From a virus (lineage: Duplodnaviria; Caudoviricetes): DNA of 26,687 nucleotides. Both the position numbers and the translations under genes were made by a program. The first letter of the stretch is position 1, and the number at the start of each line of letters is the position of its first letter. The stretch spans positions 1 to 26,687 of the IMG/VR virus record IMGVR_UViG_3300017909_001794; one strand, 5' to 3'. The notes below the pieces were generated by a model that ran no database searches, was not told where the DNA came from, and worked only from the letters and a program-made list of their open reading frames with translations. Positions 8,800 to 15,056 of the stretch are shown here, piece after piece.

Positions 8800-9597
8800 A
8801 TGCCAAGAGTTTCAAACCAAGATTTAGCCGCTAGAGCAGCTGCTATAAAAGCAGGTAAAAAACAGTATACTAGACCATCTGATGGTAAAGTTTATACTAT
8901 TAGAAACATTAATAATCCACGCCATTCTAAAACATATAGCGGACAAGGCGGAAGAGACGAAGTATCAAAAACTAGAAAGGCAAATCGTGGTTCTGAAGCA
9001 CGTCGTGCCGCTACAACTGGACAAACACTTAGCGAACAAGATTATCTTGACTACGCTAAAAAAAATAACTATTCAGCCGAACAAGCTAAACAACTTTACC
9101 AACAAAACGTTGATAAATTAAACCGTTTAAAACGGTACAAAAGCGCTAAATTTAATTACGAACATCTGCTTCCTACAACCTCTAAAGCTTATGGTGGCGT
9201 AGAACACTGGCGTAACATTATTTTAATGGGTGCTGACGAAAACTCAGCTAAAAGTGACAAACTTATTAGCATGGAGTCAGCTAGAGAAGCTAAGATTCCA
9301 CTTAGTAAAGCATCAGCACTTCAAAAAGATTTTGCAAATGCTCCTGACCCAACACCACGTCAAAAGCGTGAAGTTGTAAGACGTGAAATGCAAAAGCCGT
9401 TGCCTACTGCACGTCAAAAGTCACAAAAATTTCAACGTCTTAAAACTCAATTACAATCAAAAGGTGGTGGCGTTAGGTTGCAAGTACTTGGACAAGCAGT
9501 TCCTGGTAGTTCTTTTGATGACGGATCCGATGGTCTTTTTCAATTTGGAAAAGAATTTGCAGAACCAGACCCTACTGCTTTTGGACCTGGCGCTTAA
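8800..9597 (+). CDS. Basic protein with embedded HNH-like motif
   Basis: YEHLLPTTSKAYGGVEHWRNIILMGADENSAKSD fits the (D/E)H..P...GG....N......N..K pattern; no Cys pairs. Confidence 0.6.
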   Translation: MPRVSNQDLAARAAAIKAGKKQYTRPSDGKVYTIRNINNPRHSKTYSGQGGRDEVSKTRKANRGSEARRAATTGQTLSEQDYLDYAKKNNYSAEQAKQLYQQNVDKLNRLKRYKSAKFNYEHLLPTTSKAYGGVEHWRNIILMGADENSAKSDKLISMESAREAKIPLSKASALQKDFANAPDPTPRQKREVVRREMQKPLPTARQKSQKFQRLKTQLQSKGGGVRLQVLGQAVPGSSFDDGSDGLFQFGKEFAEPDPTAFGPGA

Positions 9598-9646
9598 ATC
9601 GCCTACAAAGCCTCTCTAAACACTTAACCATACAAACACACGTAAC

Positions 9647-11404
9647 ATGCCACGAAGACGCCGTACAGCGCCGTCTGAGGGTGTCTCAGTGGTTAAATCA
9701 CTGCAGTCTGATTTCAAGCTGTTCCTTCAAGCACTTTGGGGACAGCTTGACCTTCCTTCACCCACACGAGCGCAATATGCAATTGCAGACTACCTGCAGC
9801 ATGGTCCAAAGCGACTACAGATCCAAGCATTCCGAGGTGTCGGAAAGTCTTGGATTACTGGTGCTTTTGTTCTTTGGACTCTTTTTAATAATGCAGAGAA
9901 AAAGATTATGATTATTTCGGCATCAAAAGAACGTGCCGATAACATGTCCATCTTTCTACAAAAACTCATTATTGAAACACCATGGCTAGCACATCTCCGT
10001 CCAAAGAGCGAAGACGCCAGATGGTCAAGGATCAGTTTCGACGTGAATTGCTCGCCTCACCAGGCACCGTCAGTAAAGAGCGTCGGGATTACTGGTCAGC
10101 TTACTGGCAGTCGCGCAGATCTGATGATTCTGGACGACATCGAAGTTCCCGGTAATAGTATGACAGAATTGATGAGAGAAAAACTCCTTCAACTCTGTAC
10201 AGAAGCTGAATCTATTCTTACTCCAAAGCAAGATAGCAGGATTATGTTTCTTGGGACTCCACAGACAACCTTTACCGTCTATCGTAAGCTAGCTGAGAGG
10301 GCCTACAAGCCCTTTGTTTGGCCTGCTAGGTACCCAAGGTCTACCAAGGGTTACGAAGGCCTTCTAGCGCCTTCTCTGGTGGAAGACATAGACCAAGGTG
10401 TAGAGCCTTGGACAGTAACAGATCCTGATCGGTTTGACCACGAAGATTTGATTGAACGTGAAGCGTCTATGGGACGGTCTAACTTCATGCTTCAATTTAT
10501 GTTAGATACGACACTTAGTGATGCAGAAAAATTCCCACTTAAGATGGCTGACCTTATTGTCACCTCTGTTAATCCTACTACCGCTCCTGATAGCATCGTC
10601 TGGTGCTCAGACCCGTCAAACGTCATCAAAGAACTCCCAACTGTTGGACTACCTGGAGATCATTTCTACAGTCCAATGTGCATCCAAGGAGAATGGTTAC
10701 CTTACCAAGAGACAATCTGCTCAGTTGACCCATCGGGTAGAGGCACGGATGAGACAACTGCGGCTTATCTCTCCCAGCGAAATGGTTTTGTGTACTTGCA
10801 TGAGATGCGAGCTTACAGATCTGGATACTCAGACGACACGTTATTGGACATTCTAAAAGGATGTAAAAAATATAACGTGTCTAGCTTAGTCATTGAAACT
10901 AACTTTGGTGATGGTATTGTCGCAGAACTATTTAAAAAACACATGCAAAACACCAAACAAAATATTGGTGTGGAGGAAGTACGAGCCACAGTTCGTAAAG
11001 AAGACAGAATTATTGATTCGCTTGAGCCTGTACTTAATCAACATCGTTTGGTTGTCGATCGTAAAGTAATTGAATGGGACTATAAATCTAATCCAGATGA
11101 TCCACCAGAAAACAGATTACTGTACATGCTTTTTTACCAAATGAGTAGAATGTGTCGCATGAAAGCAGCTGTTAAACACGACGACAGATTAGATTGCCTA
11201 GCTCAAGGTGTTAAATACTTTACAGATGCAATGGGTATTTCTGAACAAGCTATGGTTAAACAACGACAACTTGAAGAGTGGAATGATATGTTACAATCAA
11301 TGATTGATGATCCACAACAATCAGCTAATCATATGGTGTTTGGTATGAACGCAGAACAGCGCCGAATGGCGCGAAATAAGACATCAGTCCACAACTGGGT
11401 TTAG
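9647..11404 (+). CDS. terL: Terminase large subunit (DNA maturase B, gp19-like)
   Basis: Walker A AFRGVGKSWIT, GQLTGSRAD, Walker B MILDDIEVP, nuclease motifs SVDPSGRGTDET and HDDRLD. Confidence 0.98.
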   Translation: MPRRRRTAPSEGVSVVKSLQSDFKLFLQALWGQLDLPSPTRAQYAIADYLQHGPKRLQIQAFRGVGKSWITGAFVLWTLFNNAEKKIMIISASKERADNMSIFLQKLIIETPWLAHLRPKSEDARWSRISFDVNCSPHQAPSVKSVGITGQLTGSRADLMILDDIEVPGNSMTELMREKLLQLCTEAESILTPKQDSRIMFLGTPQTTFTVYRKLAERAYKPFVWPARYPRSTKGYEGLLAPSLVEDIDQGVEPWTVTDPDRFDHEDLIEREASMGRSNFMLQFMLDTTLSDAEKFPLKMADLIVTSVNPTTAPDSIVWCSDPSNVIKELPTVGLPGDHFYSPMCIQGEWLPYQETICSVDPSGRGTDETTAAYLSQRNGFVYLHEMRAYRSGYSDDTLLDILKGCKKYNVSSLVIETNFGDGIVAELFKKHMQNTKQNIGVEEVRATVRKEDRIIDSLEPVLNQHRLVVDRKVIEWDYKSNPDDPPENRLLYMLFYQMSRMCRMKAAVKHDDRLDCLAQGVKYFTDAMGISEQAMVKQRQLEEWNDMLQSMIDDPQQSANHMVFGMNAEQRRMARNKTSVHNWV

Positions 11405-11406
11405 CC

Positions 11407-11428
11407 AGGCACGTTACCTATACAGGGA
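11407..11428 (+). promoter_or_regulatory. Putative phage RNA polymerase promoter (phiOR-like position)
   Basis: AGGCACGTTACCTATACAGGGA matches 15862-15883 at 20/22; TATA-like melting region followed by GGGA, as in T7-type promoters. Confidence 0.7.
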
Positions 11429-11456
11429 AGGGAAGGGTGGACCCAACTCTGTGATT

Positions 11457-11487
11457 GGGGAAGACATCAAAACCTTCCCCTTTACTT
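11457..11487 (+). terminator. Intrinsic terminator-like hairpin
   Basis: GGGGAAG-N10-CTTCCCC followed by TTTACTT; an alternative fold is possible. Confidence 0.5.
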
Positions 11488-11552
11488 ATGTCCTAAGTGA
11501 ATGAACGACACACATTTATGTGTGGAGTGAAATGAACGTGTGAATGGACATA
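11487..11552 (+). other. Hairpin with three tandem G.A mismatches
   Basis: GT-GA-AT-GA-AC-GA-CACACA[TTTA]TGTGTG-GA-GT-GA-A-AT-GA-AC, closed by TATGTCC/GGACATA. Confidence 0.7.
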
Positions 11553-11576
11553 CTTTAAGTATCTTATATAACTTAT

Positions 11577-11840
11577 ATGTTAAATATAATTAATTACATA
11601 TATAAATTAATTACAGTACTATTAGTAGGGTGTATGAATCCTGCTAACTGGTCTCAATGTATTAACATAGGTCATTGGTTTCCACCTTATATTAATGACT
11701 ACAAACAACTCATTCAAAACCCACCTTATACGAATGAACAGCGTATCCTTGATTCACTCAACTCCAAACGGAGAACAATTGATAGCCTACATGGCACGGG
11801 TGTCCAATCCAAACAACCAAGACAACCCTTCTTACAGTAA
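11577..11840 (+). CDS. Putative lipoprotein/membrane protein
   Basis: Hydrophobic N-terminus ending in lipobox-like LLVG-C; 3' part overlaps thyX in another frame. Confidence 0.55.
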   Translation: MLNIINYIYKLITVLLVGCMNPANWSQCINIGHWFPPYINDYKQLIQNPPYTNEQRILDSLNSKRRTIDSLHGTGVQSKQPRQPFLQ

Positions 11841-12357
11841 ATTAATTAAATACCTTATAACACATAAACATTGGTCTCCATTTGAAATGGTTAACATGTG
11901 TGTAGAAATCGACACTACCCGAAGTGTAGCTAGTCAAATCCTACGACACAGATCATTTAGTTTTCAAGAGTTTAGTCAACGGTATGCTAAAGCAGGTACT
12001 GCTGTTCCGCAAGACCTAAGACGACAAGATAAAACCAATAGACAAAACTCAATTGATAACCTTGATCCGTTTACTACACAAGAGTTTCAAATACGTTTGC
12101 AACAACACTATGATATGGCATACAAATTGTATGAAGAAATGCTTGCAGCAGGTGTAGCTAAAGAGTGTGCTAGGGATGCTTTGCCACTTGCAACACCGAC
12201 AAAACTGTACATGAATGGTACGTTGAGGTCTTGGTTGCATTATTGTGACCTTAGGTGTGCTAATGGTACGCAAAAAGAACATAAAGACATTGCTGATGCT
12301 TGTAAAATGCTTGTTAAAGAGTCCTTTCCTATTGTTTATGAGGCTATGTGGTCATGA
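11734..12357 (+). CDS. thyX: FAD-dependent thymidylate synthase
   Basis: RHRSFSFQEFSQRY (RHRx7S motif), HWSPFE, ARVSNP, AKECARDALP; likely start ATG 11734. Confidence 0.97.
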   Translation: MNSVSLIHSTPNGEQLIAYMARVSNPNNQDNPSYSKLIKYLITHKHWSPFEMVNMCVEIDTTRSVASQILRHRSFSFQEFSQRYAKAGTAVPQDLRRQDKTNRQNSIDNLDPFTTQEFQIRLQQHYDMAYKLYEEMLAAGVAKECARDALPLATPTKLYMNGTLRSWLHYCDLRCANGTQKEHKDIADACKMLVKESFPIVYEAMWS

Positions 12358-12515
12358 TGTGTAATCTAATTCTTGGTCTTTGTGTCGTGGGTGGTCTTCA
12401 GATTGGTCCTGATGCGTATGTAGTACAGGTTATGGATGCTGAACAATCTATCCATGATGTTGTTATCCGTATGCCAGAGCGTAAAAAAATGACAAAAATT
12501 TCTGAAGTCTATTAA
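12354..12515 (+). CDS. Small hypothetical protein (53 aa)
   Basis: MMCNLILGLCVVGGLQIGPDAYVVQVMDAEQSIHDVVIRMPERKKMTKISEVY; ATGA overlap with the thyX stop. Confidence 0.6.
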   Translation: MMCNLILGLCVVGGLQIGPDAYVVQVMDAEQSIHDVVIRMPERKKMTKISEVY

Positions 12516-12917
12516 AAGCGTCGCTGCTGGCCGCAGCTCCCCATAGGGTGGCCCTTCGATCGGCCAATTATTTATAATAATTGAACCGGTTGGAGGCTGC
12601 TCATAGCGTGATCAAACTACCGCGCACGCTACATGTGGTGCTCGCCGTGTCTCGATCTCTCGCGATCTGTTGGACCATTACATAGTAATGAGCAAGACTT
12701 ATACCATTGATAAGAACCACTGATAACCACTGCAATGACTGGGATCTAGTGCTGTGTTGTGCCAGTTGTTCCGACTGTCCACCACCATCGACTGGTATGG
12801 TAAAACTCTGTTATCTCTTTGACAGTTGAGTCTCGACTCTCCCTGAAAGGGTGAGGAGAGTCTCGACTTTCAACTGAGAGATACAGACCCTCCACTGTTC
12901 ACTTGTTTTGTTTCATC
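12516..12917. other. Non-coding genome-end junction (probable terminal repeat / left-end control region)
   Basis: Longest intergenic gap, between the last late genes (terL, thyX) and the first early genes; rich in inverted repeats. T7-like gene order places the genome ends here. Confidence 0.65.
12808..12886. repeat. Long imperfect inverted repeat
   Basis: TATCTCT/AGAGATA, CAGTTGA/TCAACTG, GTC/GAC and GACTCTCC/GGAGAGTC arms. Confidence 0.85.
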
Positions 12918-13184
12918 ATGCTTCCTTCAATCTTCAACGGCAACACCTTCCAGTCCGTGTTTAAGTTCTGCTCCGACTCGATCAACAGCACTTGTGCTGA
13001 TATGATCCACGTTGATGTTGTGACCGGTACTGCACTGGTCAAGTTTAAGAGTGGTCACTCTTACCAGTACACCAACGTGTCTCGCCGTGCCATCACAAAG
13101 TTTGTGATGGATGACGCTCGTTCACTCGGCAAGTTCGTGAACCAGGTGCTGAGCGCCAAGCGTGTCACCTGCTCCGCCGTCTGA
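12918..13184 (+). CDS. KTSC-domain-like early protein
   Basis: LVKFKSGHSYQYTNV ... SLGKFVN matches the KTSC pattern; likely start ATG 12918. Confidence 0.65.
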   Translation: MLPSIFNGNTFQSVFKFCSDSINSTCADMIHVDVVTGTALVKFKSGHSYQYTNVSRRAITKFVMDDARSLGKFVNQVLSAKRVTCSAV

Positions 13185-13195
13185 GGCGGGACGCT

Positions 13196-13225
13196 TGCGG
13201 AGGTGGCACACACGTCACCTCTGCA
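13196..13225 (+). other. Intergenic hairpin (12-bp stem, 2 G-U)
   Basis: TGCGGAGGTGGC-ACACAC-GTCACCTCTGCA. Confidence 0.75.
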
Positions 13226-13253
13226 CACATGACGCCTGCTACACTGACGTAGT

Positions 13254-13283
13254 ACACACACAACACACAAACACACAACACAC
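13254..13283 (+). repeat. A/C-only low-complexity leader
   Basis: ACACACACAACACACAAACACACAACACAC directly before ATG 13284. Confidence 0.85.
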
Positions 13284-13631
13284 ATGACGATCGCACAACC
13301 AAGCGCAAGAACGTACCACATCCTAGGTGAAGAGTTTGAACTCGATGAACTGCGTGACATTGCAAACCATGGTGCCAACACTGGTGTGCATGGTTTCACC
13401 TACTCATCCGACTTGCGTGACATTTGGGACAAGCACGAGGACGTAATCACTAACTACCTCGATGCTTATTGTGATGACTGCTTTGGTCAGTCTTCATTGT
13501 CTTACATTGCTGAACAACTGCAGCACGATGACAAGTTCTGGACAATGCAGCAAGTCATCGAGCTTGCCTGTTGGATGTATCTAGAACTGCGTGCTGTTGA
13601 GATTATCAACACTGTTGATGGTGACTGGTGA
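13284..13631 (+). CDS. Acidic early protein (Ocr/gp0.3-like candidate)
   Basis: 115 aa, 22 D/E versus 6 K/R by hand count; second gene of the early region. Confidence 0.55.
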   Translation: MTIAQPSARTYHILGEEFELDELRDIANHGANTGVHGFTYSSDLRDIWDKHEDVITNYLDAYCDDCFGQSSLSYIAEQLQHDDKFWTMQQVIELACWMYLELRAVEIINTVDGDW

Positions 13632-13689
13632 TTCTCTCCTTAATCCCTACCTATCCATCTTGGCATAGGCGGGTTTAATGAGGGACTCA
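13629..13689 (+). other. Long imperfect hairpin (RNase III site candidate)
   Basis: TCTCTC/GAGGGA, TTAA/TTAA, CCC/GGG, CCTAT/ATAGG and CCA/TGG stacked stems. Confidence 0.65.
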
Positions 13690-13713
13690 TTGTCTATCCC
13701 CTCGCATTACAAA

Positions 13714-13872
13714 ATGAACAACAGTCTAATGATTGGTGCTTTGCGTCAAGGACGCACCGGCACTGAGATCTTGAGCATCCTGGAATGTATTGCACCAGCT
13801 GCAATTAAGCAGCAGGATTACAACAACAAGATGGATAACAATTGGGACATCACTTCACAACCTAAGTTCTAA
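13714..13872 (+). CDS. Small early hypothetical protein
   Basis: MNNSLMIGALRQGRTGTEILSILE...; TAATG overlap with the next ORF. Confidence 0.65.
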   Translation: MNNSLMIGALRQGRTGTEILSILECIAPAAIKQQDYNNKMDNNWDITSQPKF

Positions 13873-13982
13873 TGACTGCTTACTATCACGAACACCTGTT
13901 CTGTTCTTCCTGGCTTGCAAGAGCCATGTGGCAGGAAGATTACTACCAACTGTTGTCTATTATTGGAGATGATTACGAATGA
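13872..13982 (+). CDS. Small early hypothetical protein (36 aa)
   Basis: MTAYYHEHLFCSSWLARAMWQEDYYQLLSIIGDDYE; start/stop overlaps at both ends. Confidence 0.55.
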   Translation: MTAYYHEHLFCSSWLARAMWQEDYYQLLSIIGDDYE

Positions 13983-14113
13983 CAGAGGAGGAACACTTCG
14001 TACGACTCATGCGATACTTCTCGCTATACAGTGAGTACAGTGCTGATCGCATTGAGGAGATAGTCCATGAGATTATGGACAACCCTGAACTTTACCCTGA
14101 TTATTTTGAATGA
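13979..14113 (+). CDS. Small acidic early protein (44 aa)
   Basis: MTEEEHFVRLMRYFSLYSEYSADRIEEIVHEIMDNPELYPDYFE; ATGA overlaps at both ends, GGAG upstream. Confidence 0.6.
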   Translation: MTEEEHFVRLMRYFSLYSEYSADRIEEIVHEIMDNPELYPDYFE

Positions 14114-14337
14114 TCTGGTCCAACAAGGAGTCTATGTACTCATCAACACTCAAGACAGAATATGTTCTGTATCATGAAGTCATTCACAAGGGTGACATTG
14201 ATGTGGCTAAAGTTATTGGCTTTGAGGATGGCACCTATGGTTACATCTTAGATCATAATATGTCTTGTTCTCGTGGTTACAAAAGTGTAGCCGATTGTAA
14301 GCAAATTCTATTTGAGGTTCTTGATGATCTGGTCTGA
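14110..14337 (+). CDS. Early hypothetical protein
   Basis: 75-aa ORF with coupled start; an alternative ATG follows AAGGAG at about 14134. Confidence 0.6.
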   Translation: MIWSNKESMYSSTLKTEYVLYHEVIHKGDIDVAKVIGFEDGTYGYILDHNMSCSRGYKSVADCKQILFEVLDDLV

Positions 14338-14485
14338 AGCTAACATCATCCTTGCCATCATTGGCATGGTAGGATTGTTCGGCACTGCCATCACGTGGCA
14401 GCGTGCCAACCGCATCACCTCTCGCTATTACGTGCAAGGACGTAGCCATTATTCACAGTCACGCGGCTCAAGGACGCAACCATGA
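14324..14485 (+). CDS. Small single-TM early protein (53 aa)
   Basis: MIWSEANIILAIIGMVGLFGTAITWQRANRITSRYY...; GAGG upstream; ATGA overlap with the next ORF. Confidence 0.65.
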   Translation: MIWSEANIILAIIGMVGLFGTAITWQRANRITSRYYVQGRSHYSQSRGSRTQP

Positions 14486-14655
14486 ACGAGTATACTGTCC
14501 AAATGTCTAGCGGTGAGAGTGTATACATACTCGCCGCCGACTTAGAGGAAGCTGCATGGCACGCCTTTGAGTTGTCCAAGGACATGAACACTAAACTCAA
14601 GGACGTAATCCCAACTCATGTCAAAGAAGAAGAAGTATTTCCCAAACAATGTTAG
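14482..14655 (+). CDS. Small early hypothetical protein (57 aa)
   Basis: MNEYTVQMSSGESVYILAADLEEAAWHAFELSKDMNTKLKDV...; AAGGA 7 nt upstream. Confidence 0.7.
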   Translation: MNEYTVQMSSGESVYILAADLEEAAWHAFELSKDMNTKLKDVIPTHVKEEEVFPKQC

Positions 14656-14941
14656 AATGTTACGACAGGCACCAGCTGAGATGTTTCCTTCCTGTACTTA
14701 TGAAGAGTTCATGGAATGGAAGGTTGCAGGCTGGGACTTGCCTGATGGTATAGAATGTATCATCCGCACCATGGACACAGAGACCTACAAGGTCAAAGAG
14801 TATGTGTACCAACGTCCTGAGTATGCACGCCGCAAGGTAGCTAAGCTCATGGACGAGGGAGGTGTGGACATCACTGTTTGTACACATGACGCCATCCACC
14901 ACGTATTTGAAGAACCAATCGATGACGAAGACGATGAATGA
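14618..14941 (+). CDS. Early hypothetical protein
   Basis: 107-aa protein-like ORF (KYFPNN..FMEWKVAGWDLP..KVKEYVYQR) with acidic tail, upstream of RNAP. Confidence 0.8.
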   Translation: MSKKKKYFPNNVRMLRQAPAEMFPSCTYEEFMEWKVAGWDLPDGIECIIRTMDTETYKVKEYVYQRPEYARRKVAKLMDEGGVDITVCTHDAIHHVFEEPIDDEDDE

Positions 14942-15056
14942 TGCCACGTTCAACCTACGTGTTGACACATTAGTGCATGAGCTTGAGGACCATCCACATC
15001 GTGATGAGTTAATCAAGCTTATCTTTGAACAACTTATTGATGATCTTTATCTATGA
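14922..15056 (+). CDS. Small hypothetical protein
   Basis: MTKTMNDATFNLRVDTLVHELEDHPHRDELIKLIFEQLIDDLYL; ATGA overlap with the RNAP start. Confidence 0.7.
   Translation: MTKTMNDATFNLRVDTLVHELEDHPHRDELIKLIFEQLIDDLYL

Noticed and set aside
9598-9646. Terminator or promoter between the HNH-like gene and terL
   Set aside because: No stable stem with a U-tract and no promoter motif; only an A/C-rich leader.
12707-12847. Sigma70 promoter candidates (TTGATA-18-TGCAAT; TTGACA at 12819; TGGTAAAACT near 12798)
   Set aside because: Host-RNAP promoters are expected here, but no convincing -35/-10 pair with correct spacing could be fixed by eye.
13174-13260. Possible tRNA or known ncRNA
   Set aside because: No T-loop (GTTCRA), D-loop or cloverleaf; only simple hairpins.
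14020-14035. CTATACAG partial match to the phage promoter (also TATACAG at about 21901 and 23093)
   Set aside because: Lacks the upstream GGCACG block and the GGGA start; short enough to be chance.
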